Source: Cyanobacteriota bacterium
GTDB lineage: Bacteria > Cyanobacteriota > Cyanobacteriia > Cyanobacteriales > Nostocaceae
NCBI GenBank assembly: GCA_046045965.1
Contig: JBJOKS010000009.1
Span: 98,931 to 162,930 of the forward strand
DNA length: 64,000 bases
Direction of reading: 5' to 3'
Below the pieces are notes generated by a model. The model was given only the letters and a program-made list of their open reading frames with translations. It was not told the DNA's origin and did not search any database. Position numbers and translations under genes: made by a program. Below are positions 9,084 to 19,621 of the stretch, piece by piece. Position 1 is the stretch's first letter. Each line of letters starts with the position of its first letter.

Positions 9084-10259
9084 CTAAAATAGACATAACT
9101 GTTGAGATTCTGCTGCGTCTGTATTTTGCAAAAGGCTTGATTTTTTTAGCGGAGTTTTTTGCCCATTTTTTTTATGTTGTTTTGATATACAATTCGGAAT
9201 TTCAGAAGTTGTTTTTACCAGAGAATCTAATTCTAAAGATAACTGCTGACAATTATCTTGCAAATTAGGAATTTCTACTGTTGGTAATCTCTGAGCTAAA
9301 GTTTCTTGAACTTTATCATTAATATCCCATTTAGGTGGATAAAAATAATCAATTGGTTGAGGAGTTGGAGAAAATTTAGCTTTTATCTTTTTGCGATTAC
9401 TTTTTAAATCAGGAAATGCTGCTCTACAATACTTATCAGTTTCACAAAAAAGATTTTGACAGTCTATAGCTTGTAATGGACGACCCCAGAGAGATTGAAA
9501 ATTTAACCCCAAACGTTGAAATTCATTTTCTTGATTTTCTGTCATCCAATGAATTACATCAGCATAATTTTTCCCCTGGGTATCAAGAAAACACTTATTA
9601 ATACCGCGTTCTGCTCCTGGACCCGCTATAGTAAAACTGTTTTCATCAAAATTTATAACTTCACTATAGTTTATATCAGTCGCTAATTGGTAAGCCATAA
9701 ACTTACCTAACAATGGATATCCTTCGATAATATGAAAAATCTCTTCCAAATTTTTAGCTTTGACTATGGGACTAATTATCCTATCTTTGACAACCATTTT
9801 ATCAATTAATGCCAAATGATTCTGGTGTTTTTTATCATAACCAAACTCTTTACTCGCACATGACATATATGCACTTGTATAAATCACATATCCCAAATCC
9901 ATAGCCTCTTGTAATATGTTGGAATATATGTCTAAATTAAAGTTAGATAGTGTAATATATTCGCCTATTTTTGTTTCTAAATATTCCCAAGTTTCTATTT
10001 TATTAAATATTTTAAATAGTAGGATTCTAAATAACACCTCTTCTTCGTTTTGGCTTCTATTATCATCATAAATTACATTTTTGATCAGATATTGAGAAAC
10101 CCGATCACTGACTCGATAAGCATTACAAAATTTATAAGTATTAAGAATAGGATCACTCGTCCAAGGTGGTGGTACATTTTTAAGTTTGTTGAAAAAAACT
10201 TCTTGACGCATAGCAGCAAATCGCCAATAGGTATCAAAAATTTCTTGTCTTACTTGCAT
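9084..10259 (-). CDS. aGPT-Pplase1 / 5-hmdU DNA kinase helical-domain-like protein
   Basis: PWTSDPIL..YKFCN.YR..DR.SQ, FKIFNK.ETW, G.FMAYQ...D..Y, GPGA.RG, D.QN.FCE.DKY.R motifs. Confidence 0.72.
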   Translation of the reverse strand: MQVRQEIFDTYWRFAAMRQEVFFNKLKNVPPPWTSDPILNTYKFCNAYRVSDRVSQYLIKNVIYDDNRSQNEEEVLFRILLFKIFNKIETWEYLETKIGEYITLSNFNLDIYSNILQEAMDLGYVIYTSAYMSCASKEFGYDKKHQNHLALIDKMVVKDRIISPIVKAKNLEEIFHIIEGYPLLGKFMAYQLATDINYSEVINFDENSFTIAGPGAERGINKCFLDTQGKNYADVIHWMTENQENEFQRLGLNFQSLWGRPLQAIDCQNLFCETDKYCRAAFPDLKSNRKKIKAKFSPTPQPIDYFYPPKWDINDKVQETLAQRLPTVEIPNLQDNCQQLSLELDSLVKTTSEIPNCISKQHKKNGQKTPLKKSSLLQNTDAAESQQLCLF

Positions 10260-10343
10260 ATATTTTTCTCCTGGCTTCTTGTTATCAATTATGGGGTAAT
10301 ACAGTTTAGTTAAGCCTAAAAATCAACATTATCAAAATTTTAG

Positions 10344-10373
10344 TTGGGTTGCGTTTTCGCTTAACCCAACCTA
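10344..10373 (-). repeat. GTAG-type REP-like palindrome (related copy 60377-60405)
   Basis: GTAGGTTGGGTT...AACCCAAC inverted repeat read on the minus strand. Confidence 0.65.
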
Positions 10374-10456
10374 CCATTTGTTAACTTAACTTTACGCAAA
10401 GACACAAAAAACACTTTGCGTCTTTGCGTCTTTGCGTGAGCTTACCTTACCTTAAA

Positions 10457-12427
10457 TTAATTCCCTTCCCGCAACTTATCCAAAACACTGCGATCCTCAA
10501 GAGTCGAAGTATCCCCTGACACCTCCTGACCCGCAGCCAAATTCCGCAACAAACGACGCATAATTTTACCCGATCGCGTTTTTGGCAAAGCATCAGTAAA
10601 TCTAATCTCACCAGGACGTGCGATCGCACCTATTTCTTGAACAACGTGCTTCTTCAGTTCCTTACTCAACTCATCACTCGGTTGAAAAGTCCCCTCTAAA
10701 GTCACAAAAGCTACAACTTCCTCACCTTTCAAATCATCAGGTTTACCCACCACAGCAGCCTCAGCAACCGCTGGATGAGACACCAAAGCAGATTCTACTT
10801 CCATTGTTCCCAAGCGGTGTCCAGAGACATTCAACACGTCATCAACACGCCCCATCACCCAAAAATAGCCATCTTCATCCTTTCTCGCACCATCACCAGC
10901 AAAGTACGTATAATTACCATCTTTGGGGGGAATATGTTCCCAATAAGTGCGACGGAAACGCTCAGGATCACCGTACACAGTCCGCATCATTCCCGGCCAA
11001 GGATAGCGTACCGCTAAATAACCACCTTCATTTTCGGGAACTGTGTTACCTTCTAAATCTACGATATCCGCAATAATACCGGGGAAAGGACGAGTTGCCG
11101 AACCGGGTTTAGTGGGAATTGCACCAGGTAGCGGTGTAATCATAATACCGCCTGTTTCCGTTTGCCACCAGGTATCAACGATAGGACAACGTTCACCACC
11201 AATGATTTTATGATACCACATCCATGCTTCGGGATTGATAGGTTCACCGACAGTTCCCAGTAACCGCAAAGAAGAAAGATTACGCGCATTGGGTAAATGT
11301 TCACCCATTTTAATAAAAGCACGGATGGCGGTAGGAGCAGTATAAAAAATCGTCACTCCATATTTTTCAATCACATCCCAGAAACAACCAAGATTGGAAG
11401 CACGGGGCGCACCTTCATACATAACAGTAGTTGCACCATTGGAAAGAGGACCATAAACTATATAGCTATGTCCAGTAATCCAACCTACGTCAGCAGTACA
11501 CCAATATACATCTGTGTCTTGAAGATCAAAAATCCATTTTGTGGTAATATGGCTGTATAGGTTATAACCGCCTGTGGTGTGTACTACGCCCTTGGGTTTA
11601 CCCGTACTCCCAGAGGTATAAAGCACAAATAGCATATCTTCGCTGTCCATTGGTTCAGCCGGACAGTCAGCGGATACACCTTGTTGTAAATCATGCCACC
11701 AGTGATCCCTTCCTGGTTCGATATGGGTTTTTTGACCGGTGCGTTTGACAACTAAGACATCTGTTACACTGGGTGCGGCGTTATCAGCTAAAGCTTTATC
11801 TACCTGTTCTTTTAGGGGTACAATTGCATCTTTACGCCAACCACCATCTGCTGTGACTACTACTTTAGCTTCTGCATCGTTCAAGCGATCGCGCAAAGCT
11901 TCAGCACTAAACCCACCAAACACAACGCTATGGGGAGCGCCTATTCTGGCACAAGCTAACATAGCAATGGCAGCTTCCGGTATCATGGGCATATAAATTC
12001 CCACGCGATCGCCCTTTTTCACACCCAACTGTTTGAGAACATTAGCAAACTGACATACTTCTCGATGCAATTGGGCATAAGTTAGCGTGCGAGAATCACC
12101 CGGTTCACCTTCCCAAATTAAAGCCGCTTTGTTTTTACGCCAAGTCGTTAAATGTCTGTCAAGACAGTTGTAAGAAATATTAATCTTGCCATTAACAAAC
12201 CACTTCGCAAAAGGAGGTTGCCAATCTAGCACAGTATCCCATGTTTCAAACCAATGTAACTCAGTTTCGGCTAAATCCGCCCAAAATTTCTCAGGGTCAG
12301 CTTTTGCGGTATCATAAAGATGCTGATATTCTTCCAGACTTTTGATATTAGCCTGTTGGGAAAAATGACTAGATGGATGAAAGAGACGGTTTTCCTGTAG
12401 GATGGATTCTATAGTTGGTTGAGACAT
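10457..12427 (-). CDS. acs: Acetyl-CoA synthetase
   Basis: [33 protein letters not shown]; true start MSQPTIES at 12427. Confidence 0.97.
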   Translation of the reverse strand: MSQPTIESILQENRLFHPSSHFSQQANIKSLEEYQHLYDTAKADPEKFWADLAETELHWFETWDTVLDWQPPFAKWFVNGKINISYNCLDRHLTTWRKNKAALIWEGEPGDSRTLTYAQLHREVCQFANVLKQLGVKKGDRVGIYMPMIPEAAIAMLACARIGAPHSVVFGGFSAEALRDRLNDAEAKVVVTADGGWRKDAIVPLKEQVDKALADNAAPSVTDVLVVKRTGQKTHIEPGRDHWWHDLQQGVSADCPAEPMDSEDMLFVLYTSGSTGKPKGVVHTTGGYNLYSHITTKWIFDLQDTDVYWCTADVGWITGHSYIVYGPLSNGATTVMYEGAPRASNLGCFWDVIEKYGVTIFYTAPTAIRAFIKMGEHLPNARNLSSLRLLGTVGEPINPEAWMWYHKIIGGERCPIVDTWWQTETGGIMITPLPGAIPTKPGSATRPFPGIIADIVDLEGNTVPENEGGYLAVRYPWPGMMRTVYGDPERFRRTYWEHIPPKDGNYTYFAGDGARKDEDGYFWVMGRVDDVLNVSGHRLGTMEVESALVSHPAVAEAAVVGKPDDLKGEEVVAFVTLEGTFQPSDELSKELKKHVVQEIGAIARPGEIRFTDALPKTRSGKIMRRLLRNLAAGQEVSGDTSTLEDRSVLDKLREGN

Positions 12428-12879
12428 GATCATGTATAAACGATATTGTGACTGAACACTATTGTTAACAGAGTTTTGACAAACATTGTCTAGATTTTCA
12501 TTAAGCTCATTATAAATATCCGAGTTACCCGCTTGACAACAATGAAAGCAAGAATGAGCAGTTGAGGACAGATTAAAGCTGAAAAAAATATTAAGTATGA
12601 TTGAGGAAATCAAAAACTGTACATCTTGTACCTTGCAACAAGGTAAGATAACAGTGAATTACTCAGTTAATAGGTATTTTTCACCAACTAACTGGGTAAA
12701 AAACTGAGTAGTGAAATCCTCAAAGTTTGGCGATGACAACACTTGGGAGAAAATGTCAATGAAATCTCTTTTTAAAACCAAATTTTAACAATAAAGCATG
12801 ATTCTTATACTCCTGTTCAAAGGTATAAATTGAAAACAAAATGTTTATTTAGTTTAGTTACTGAAAAGTAGGGTGTAGC

Positions 12880-13572
12880 TTGCAAGCAAAAGAAATCAAG
12901 GATAAACTAAAGTCATTGACAGAGAAAGCCTCAACGATAGATCCTCAGTTAGCCAAGAGATTAAATGAGATCAATCGTTGGGTCAAATATACTCGTCCTG
13001 GTTCTCTGACTGCTAAACCTTATGTCCTTGGCTTTCTCCTAGAGGTAATTACGGACTCTACAATTTGGCTAATAATTCAATCATTACCTACCGAAGCAGC
13101 ACGACAAGCAAAATTTGACCAAATGACAGCCAATGAAAGGTATTGGTATGGTTATTTATTTCCTAAGTGGATCAACTCAACAGATGCCAAATTTTATATT
13201 TGGAAGAAAAAAATGATGGCAGGGGAGTTTAATCAGTTGGATGATGATATTATTAAATCAATAGCCCAATATATTGTTAGTCGTGATGGAAGTGTTTGGC
13301 AGCGTTATATTGCCGACCTTTCTATGGCAACAGATTTAATCGTCAGTAATCATCAACACAAACCCCTTTGTATTCAAGTTACCAGTGTTAGCAAAGAATT
13401 TCATGTCCAAAAATATGAAAAGTGGCAAAATGCCCTGCAAATGTGGGAAATAGAAAGAGGATTGTTCTTAAGTTACAATCCCGCCGAGAATGATTTTATC
13501 AACCAATTAGTAAATGTGGCGCTGTATAACAGTGATCATCTTGCCCAAGGAAAGTATGTCAACTTTTCCTGA
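12880..13572 (+). CDS. Hypothetical protein, possible PD-(D/E)XK-like C-terminal domain
   Basis: 230-aa ORF; AD...TDLIV...LCIQVT pattern. Confidence 0.6.
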   Translation: MQAKEIKDKLKSLTEKASTIDPQLAKRLNEINRWVKYTRPGSLTAKPYVLGFLLEVITDSTIWLIIQSLPTEAARQAKFDQMTANERYWYGYLFPKWINSTDAKFYIWKKKMMAGEFNQLDDDIIKSIAQYIVSRDGSVWQRYIADLSMATDLIVSNHQHKPLCIQVTSVSKEFHVQKYEKWQNALQMWEIERGLFLSYNPAENDFINQLVNVALYNSDHLAQGKYVNFS

Positions 13573-13638
13573 TATCACATTGTTGATATTGAACACCTGA
13601 GTCCTTGCCTACATCGTTACCTGCTTACGACAGCATTT

Positions 13639-14061
13639 ATGCTTAACCAAAAAGAAATGAACAGCATTACTCAAGTAGATGAATTTGCTGAAATTTTAGC
13701 AGCAGCCCGCAGAATGCAACAAGACTGGCTAGAATATGGAGTAAATTATGTTCATCTTTATGTTGAAGATGCGGATGGAGATTGGCTAGAAAAGTGGAAT
13801 GATGATCAAATATTAGGTGATTCGTTATTAGATTCTATTAAAGAATTTTTGGTGAGTAATGATGATGTAGCAGTGAAAATCAGGCAGAATTTGAAAGATA
13901 GACCACTGTTTGATTTAGCAATAGATTTAGAAGAATGTTTGAGGATTTCTAGAGAAGATGCCAAAACATCTGCCCTGAGAGATATTTTAACTCGTCATCT
14001 TCATGTTGGTGATATTGATTTACTTGATTTAGCAAATAGTTTACTGGATAAATTGTTTTAA
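13639..14061 (+). CDS. Acidic hypothetical protein
   Basis: 140-aa D/E-rich ORF co-oriented with the upstream gene. Confidence 0.6.
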   Translation: MLNQKEMNSITQVDEFAEILAAARRMQQDWLEYGVNYVHLYVEDADGDWLEKWNDDQILGDSLLDSIKEFLVSNDDVAVKIRQNLKDRPLFDLAIDLEECLRISREDAKTSALRDILTRHLHVGDIDLLDLANSLLDKLF

Positions 14062-14351
14062 TATCCTAACTGATAAATTCCCATAATGTAGAAATGTTGT
14101 ATGACGAGGCAGCTGCATATTTAATGGAAAAGCATTACTTAGCTTCATTATTGCTGTCTCCATACTTCACTTTCTTCTCACTCATCCCGCAGTAGCTTTT
14201 AGCAATTCCTGATCAATATGATGCTGTATTTTAATTGATTGAGTTTATTAGTGAAAAATGCTGAAAATCAGTTATCAAATGAAAAAAGTGAAACTTTAGA
14301 TAGATTAATATCACAGATTGATCAAATAAAAATCTAGTGAAAATCTTATTT

Positions 14352-14490
14352 GTCAGAATCAGGATATCCAGGATTTAAGGATTTACAGGATTTAGTTTTT
14401 CTCTGTGTCCTCTGTGTCCTCTGCGGTTCCTTAAAAAAAAGATCATAGTCAGAAACAGGATATCCAGGATTTAAAGATATTTACAGGATG
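14352..14490 (+). repeat. Two copies of the ~40-bp dispersed repeat 'A' (GTCWGAATCAGGATWTYCAGGATTTAAGGATTTACAGGATG) around a CTCTGTGTC array
   Basis: Copies at 14352-14391 and 14448-14490; many more at 23.3-24.8 kb and 59.9-60.35 kb. Confidence 0.85.
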
Positions 14491-14628
14491 TGATAATTCG
14501 TAATTTCAGAATCTCAAAATCTACCAGAATTGTGGTAAGATAGAAAAAAGTAGCAATTTATTACAGTAGCTATCATAAGAATATCTATTTCTGTTAATTT
14601 AAAATTTCCCGTTGTTTGAGAAATTGGA

Positions 14629-15378
14629 ATGCTAGACCAAATTTTTAACTACCTAAACTTTCATTTCAGCATAGAAGCCTCTATAGTCCTGTTAATCTTA
14701 GTATTTCTAGAGGCTGTGCTATCAGCGGATAACGCGATCGCCCTCGCAGCCATCGCCCAAGGATTAGAAGACAAAAAACTAGAACGTCAAGCACTCAACT
14801 TCGGTTTAGTCATAGCTTACGTATTGCGAATTACCCTACTGCTGACAGCGACCTGGGTACAAAAATTCTGGCAATTTGAATTATTGGGTGCTGCTTACCT
14901 ACTGTGGCTAGTATTCCAACACTTTGCATCACAAGAAGACGAAGACAACCACCATCACGGACCGAGGTTTAATTCTCTGTGGCAAGCAATACCTGTAATC
15001 GCTTTTACAGATTTAGCCTTTTCCTTAGATAGCGTCACCACAGCGATCGCCGTTTCTCAAGAAATATGGTTGGTAATTACCGGCACAACCATCGGTATTA
15101 TCACCCTGCGATTTATGGCCGGGTTATTTATTCGCTGGTTAGATGAATATGCAAATTTAGAAGACGCAGGTTATATCACTGTAGCCTTTGTGGGTTTACG
15201 CTTGCTATTAAGAGTCATAAACGAAGATTTAGTCCCACCTCAATGGCTGATGATCAGTGCGATCGCCATTATCTTAACCTGGGGATTTTCCAAACGGACA
15301 GAAGTAGAACTAAAAACAGAAGAAACCGAAAAATCCGAAAAATCCGAAAAATCCGAAAAATCCGAAATCACAAAATAA
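14629..15378 (+). CDS. TerC-family integral membrane protein
   Basis: LEAVLSADNAIAL and DLAFSLDSV motifs. Confidence 0.92.
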   Translation: MLDQIFNYLNFHFSIEASIVLLILVFLEAVLSADNAIALAAIAQGLEDKKLERQALNFGLVIAYVLRITLLLTATWVQKFWQFELLGAAYLLWLVFQHFASQEDEDNHHHGPRFNSLWQAIPVIAFTDLAFSLDSVTTAIAVSQEIWLVITGTTIGIITLRFMAGLFIRWLDEYANLEDAGYITVAFVGLRLLLRVINEDLVPPQWLMISAIAIILTWGFSKRTEVELKTEETEKSEKSEKSEKSEITK

Positions 15379-15473
15379 GGAACTGGGTGATGAGGTGATG
15401 GGGAAATTAACATTCTAACTGTTGCTTCCAGTCCCTAGTCCCCAGTCCCCAGTCCCCAGTAAAGGGTCCCTAG

Positions 15474-15923
15474 TTACTCTTTTACCCAAGGAGTTAAATG
15501 AGGTTGCCAGCTAACTAATTCTTCATCCTTAAACCACAGGGCAATTTCCCGTTGTGCTGTTTCGATCGCATCAGAACCGTGGATCAGGTTACGACCAATA
15601 TTAATCCCAAAATCACCGCGAATAGTACCAGGTTCTGATGTTAAAGGATTGGTTGCACCAATAATTTTTCTTGCAGATGCAACAACTCCATCACCTTCCC
15701 AAACCATAGCCACAACAGGAGCGGAAGTAATAAATTCAACTAACCCAGCAAAAAAAGGTCTTTCCTTATGAACATCATAATGTTGTTCAGCTAATTCTTT
15801 GCTGACTTTCATAAACTTCAAGCCTACGAGGGTAAAGCCTTTTGTTTCAAAGCGACGGATAATTTCACCCACCAACCCGCGTTGGACTCCATCAGGCTTG
15901 ATGGCTAAAAATGTGCGTTCCAA
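15474..15923 (-). CDS. ndk: Nucleoside diphosphate kinase
   Basis: [28 protein letters not shown]; likely TTG start at 15923 after GGAG. Confidence 0.96.
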   Translation of the reverse strand: MERTFLAIKPDGVQRGLVGEIIRRFETKGFTLVGLKFMKVSKELAEQHYDVHKERPFFAGLVEFITSAPVVAMVWEGDGVVASARKIIGATNPLTSEPGTIRGDFGINIGRNLIHGSDAIETAQREIALWFKDEELVSWQPHLTPWVKE

Positions 15924-16203
15924 ATCTGTCTCCCAAAGCATAAGAAAGGTTCTCTGCGTTAATTGTTAATTGTATGTGCGTCTTTTGTCTAGTAGTTCCA
16001 GGAATAAATAAGGAGGCAGGGGGAGCAGGGGAAGCAGGGGAGGAAAGGGAAGTTAATAACCCAATTACCTATTACCTATTACCTATTACCTATTACCCTT
16101 AACTCATTCTTAACCAAGAAAAAATCTTGCTGGGTGCATATCTGTTACTAAACTAATTTGCTAAATTGTTAGTTCGTGGGTGAAACACAGAGGTCAGGAA
16201 GAA

Positions 16204-18219
16204 ATGGGTGTCGAGTCAACTACCGATGAGATGGTAAAAGTGCCTACCAATGGTCATAAGTCAGAATTGAAAAGCCAAAAGCCGAAGAAACTGCTACCAC
16301 CGAGTACAACGTCAGGAGATTTACCTCGGTCTTGGAAAATTGAGGATAGTGAAGACCTGTACCGCATAGAAGGTTGGGGAAGACCTTATTTTTCCATTAA
16401 TGCAGCGGGTCATGTGACGGTATCTCCCAAAGGCGATCGCGGAGGTTCTCTCGACTTATTTGAATTAGTCAACGCCTTAAAGCAGCGAAATTTGGGACTT
16501 CCTATGTTAATTCGCTTTTCTGATATTTTAGAAGATCGGATAGAACGGTTAAACGCCTGTTTTGCCAAAGCGATCGCTCGTTATAACTATCCCGGTGTTT
16601 ATCGTGGTGTATTTCCCGTTAAATGCAACCAGGAACGGCACTTAATTGAAGATTTGGTACGATTTGGCAAACCGCATCAATTTGGGCTAGAAGCCGGTTC
16701 TAAGCCGGAATTAATGATTGCTCTGGCTTTGTTAGATACACCAGGAGCTTTATTAGTTTGCAACGGCTACAAAGACCGAGAATACATTGAAACGGCCATG
16801 TTAGCCCAAAAACTCGGACAAACACCGATTATCGTTTTAGAACAAATTGAAGAAGTTGATTTAGCCATTGCTGCTAGTCATCAGTTAGGCATAAAACCCA
16901 TTTTAGGAGTAAGAGCGAAATTAAGCACCCAAGGCATGGGACGCTGGGGAACATCCACAGGCGATCGCGCTAAGTTTGGGTTGACTATCCCCGAAATTAT
17001 GGAAGCAGTGGAAAAGCTCAAAGAAGCTAATTTACTTGATGCTTTGCAGTTGCTACACTTCCATATCGGTTCACAAATCTCCGCTATCAATGTCATTAAA
17101 GATGCCATCCAAGAAGCCAGCCGCATCTATGTAGAATTGGCAATGTTAGGTGCAGATATGAAATATCTCGATGTGGGTGGAGGCTTAGGTGTAGACTATG
17201 ACGGCTCTCAAACCAACTTCTACGCCTCTAAAAACTACAATATGCAAAACTATGCCAATGATATTGTAGCCGAGTTAAAAGATACCTGTTCAGAACGGCA
17301 AATACCCGTACCTACACTGATTAGCGAAAGTGGGAGAGCGATCGCTTCTCATCAATCAGTTCTCATCTTTGACGTTCTTAGTACCAGTGGTGTCCCCCTC
17401 GATCTCCCAGACCCACCACAAGAGGGAGAATCACCAATTATTAATTATCTATGGGAAACCTACCAATCTATCAACAAAGAGAACTATCAAGAATTTTACC
17501 ACGACGCAGCCCAATTTAAAGAAGAAGCCATCAGCCGCTTTAACTTAGGTATTTTACGCCTCAAAGAACGCGCTAAAGCCGAGCGTTTATACTGGGCTTG
17601 TTGTCAAAAAATTCTGGAAATTACCAGACAACAAGAATACGTACCCGATGAATTGGAAGACCTGGAAAAAATCATGGCTTCCATCTACTACATCAATCTT
17701 TCCGTGTTTCAATCAGCACCAGATTGTTGGGCTATTGATCAACTATTCCCCATCATGCCCATACATAAGCTAGATCAAGAACCCACCCAAAGAGGAATTT
17801 TAGCAGACCTCACCTGTGATAGTGATGGTAAAATTGACCGCTTTATTGACTTGCGTGATGTTAAATCAGTTTTAGAACTGCATAAATTTAAACCAGACGA
17901 ACCCTATTATCTGGGAATGTTCCTCAATGGAGCTTACCAAGAAATCATGGGTAACTTACATAACCTGTTTGGTGACACCAACGCCGTTCACATCCAACTC
18001 ACACCCAAAGGCTACCAAATTGAACACGTCGTCAAGGGTGATACCATGAGTGAGGTAGTGAGTTACGTACAATACGACTCTGAGGACATGGTAGAAAACA
18101 TCCGCCAGCGTTGTGAACAAGCCTTGGAAGAAAATCGCATCACCCTAGCCGAATCTCAACGACTGCTACAAACCTATGAGCAAAGTCTCCAAAGATATAC
18201 TTACTTGAATAATAGTTAG
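16204..18219 (+). CDS. speA: Biosynthetic arginine decarboxylase
   Basis: FPVKCNQ, GLEAGSKPEL, HFHIGSQ, DVGGGLGVDYDGS, LTCDSDG; start approximate. Confidence 0.95.
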   Translation: MGVESTTDEMVKVPTNGHKSELKSQKPKKLLPPSTTSGDLPRSWKIEDSEDLYRIEGWGRPYFSINAAGHVTVSPKGDRGGSLDLFELVNALKQRNLGLPMLIRFSDILEDRIERLNACFAKAIARYNYPGVYRGVFPVKCNQERHLIEDLVRFGKPHQFGLEAGSKPELMIALALLDTPGALLVCNGYKDREYIETAMLAQKLGQTPIIVLEQIEEVDLAIAASHQLGIKPILGVRAKLSTQGMGRWGTSTGDRAKFGLTIPEIMEAVEKLKEANLLDALQLLHFHIGSQISAINVIKDAIQEASRIYVELAMLGADMKYLDVGGGLGVDYDGSQTNFYASKNYNMQNYANDIVAELKDTCSERQIPVPTLISESGRAIASHQSVLIFDVLSTSGVPLDLPDPPQEGESPIINYLWETYQSINKENYQEFYHDAAQFKEEAISRFNLGILRLKERAKAERLYWACCQKILEITRQQEYVPDELEDLEKIMASIYYINLSVFQSAPDCWAIDQLFPIMPIHKLDQEPTQRGILADLTCDSDGKIDRFIDLRDVKSVLELHKFKPDEPYYLGMFLNGAYQEIMGNLHNLFGDTNAVHIQLTPKGYQIEHVVKGDTMSEVVSYVQYDSEDMVENIRQRCEQALEENRITLAESQRLLQTYEQSLQRYTYLNNS

Positions 18220-18281
18220 GACTGGGGACTGGGGACTGGGGACTGGGGACTGGGGACTGGGGACTGGGGACTGGGGACTGG
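18219..18281 (+). repeat. STRR heptamer array (GGGACTG)n
   Basis: About nine tandem copies. Other heptamer arrays near 3697, 15430, 16063, 20448, 21630, 26113-26270, 30765-30830, 35640, 42065-42145, 62950-63008. Confidence 0.9.
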
Positions 18282-18329
18282 GTAATCAATTTTATTTTTC
18301 CCAATCACCTTTTCCCCAATCACCAATCC

Positions 18330-19499
18330 CTAAATTGTACTTGTTCCTAACAATTCTGCGATCGCTTGGTGTTCCAAAGGAATTTCCGAAGGTGGGGTTT
18401 GACGAGCATCTGTAATTAACCAGTCTAAAGCGGCTGCTTGCACATCAATAGCAGCACCAGTCTTATCCACACAATAACGACCAAATACCAGCTTATCCAC
18501 TAAGCGGACTCCTGGACTCAAGCGCGACCATTCAAATATCACACTATTATCTACAGTTGCACCATTACAAATCCAGCAGTTGGGACCTATCATCGCCGGT
18601 CCAACAATTTTCGCACCGTCTTCAATTCTGGTCATCCCACCAATGTAAACTGGTCCAGTAATATCCACCTTATCCCAATTTACCGCTACATTTAACCCAG
18701 TATAAATACCAGGAGCAACTTCATTACCAGGAATTTGCACATTTTTAATATCCCCCAGCAGCACACCGCGAATAGCTCGCCAATAATCTGGTACTTTACC
18801 AATATCTACCCATTCAAAATCCATCGGAATGGCGTAAAAAGGCGCATTAATTTCCACCAGTTTCGGAAATAAATCGCCGCCGATGTCATACTCAACCCCA
18901 GAGGGAATGTAGTTAAACACCTCTGGCTCAAAAATATAAATACCCGTATTGATATTGGTACTGAGTGCTTCCTCGGTTGCAGGTTTTTCCTGGAAAGCCT
19001 TGACGCGATTATCTTCATCGGTGACAACCACACCATAGCTAGAAACTTCTTCCTTGGGAACAGATTTAGTAATGATGGTAGCAATTGAACCCTTAGATTT
19101 ATGCCACTTCACAGCCGCAGTTAAATCTAAGTCAATCAAAGCATCACCGCACAATACCACAAACGTATCATCAAAAAAAGGTGAAAAGTCCTGGATACGC
19201 CGCATCCCTCCAGCCGAACCAATCGCTTCCCCTACCAGTTTACCATCATCATCAATTTTCCCCTCAAAAGAATAGGCAATCTGCACGCCAAACCGCTGAC
19301 CATCCCGGAAATAATTTTCAATTTCCTCAGCCAAATGGCTAACATTGACCATAATCTCGTCAAAACCATGTTGACGTAACAACTCCAATAAAAACTCCAT
19401 CACTGGCTTTTGCAGGATGGGAATCATCGGTTTGGGAATGGTATATGTAATAGGACGTACACGAGTACCTTTACCCGCTGCGAGAATCATCGCTTTCAT
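18330..19499 (-). CDS. cugP: NDP-sugar pyrophosphorylase, cyanobacterial CugP type (UDP-glucose pyrophosphorylase)
   Basis: MKAMILAAGKGTRVRPIT..IPKPMIP N-terminus; C-terminal left-handed beta-helix. Confidence 0.8.
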   Translation of the reverse strand: MKAMILAAGKGTRVRPITYTIPKPMIPILQKPVMEFLLELLRQHGFDEIMVNVSHLAEEIENYFRDGQRFGVQIAYSFEGKIDDDGKLVGEAIGSAGGMRRIQDFSPFFDDTFVVLCGDALIDLDLTAAVKWHKSKGSIATIITKSVPKEEVSSYGVVVTDEDNRVKAFQEKPATEEALSTNINTGIYIFEPEVFNYIPSGVEYDIGGDLFPKLVEINAPFYAIPMDFEWVDIGKVPDYWRAIRGVLLGDIKNVQIPGNEVAPGIYTGLNVAVNWDKVDITGPVYIGGMTRIEDGAKIVGPAMIGPNCWICNGATVDNSVIFEWSRLSPGVRLVDKLVFGRYCVDKTGAAIDVQAAALDWLITDARQTPPSEIPLEHQAIAELLGTSTI

Positions 19500-19621
19500 A
19501 AAATATTATTCCTCAACTATTCCTCAGCCACAAGCCAGTTTACTTTTATCAAATGATACTTAATCATCTGTCGGTTATCTTTTCAATGTACTCGGATTCT
19601 GGATTTTGCTGACGCAAAAAT

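Noticed and set aside
12428..12613. 62-aa N-terminal extension of acs in the ORF track
   Set aside because: Acs homology begins at MSQPTIES; the extension looks like non-coding upstream sequence
14150..14215. Aldo/keto reductase remnant (LHFLLTHPAVAFS)
   Set aside because: Too short to support a call
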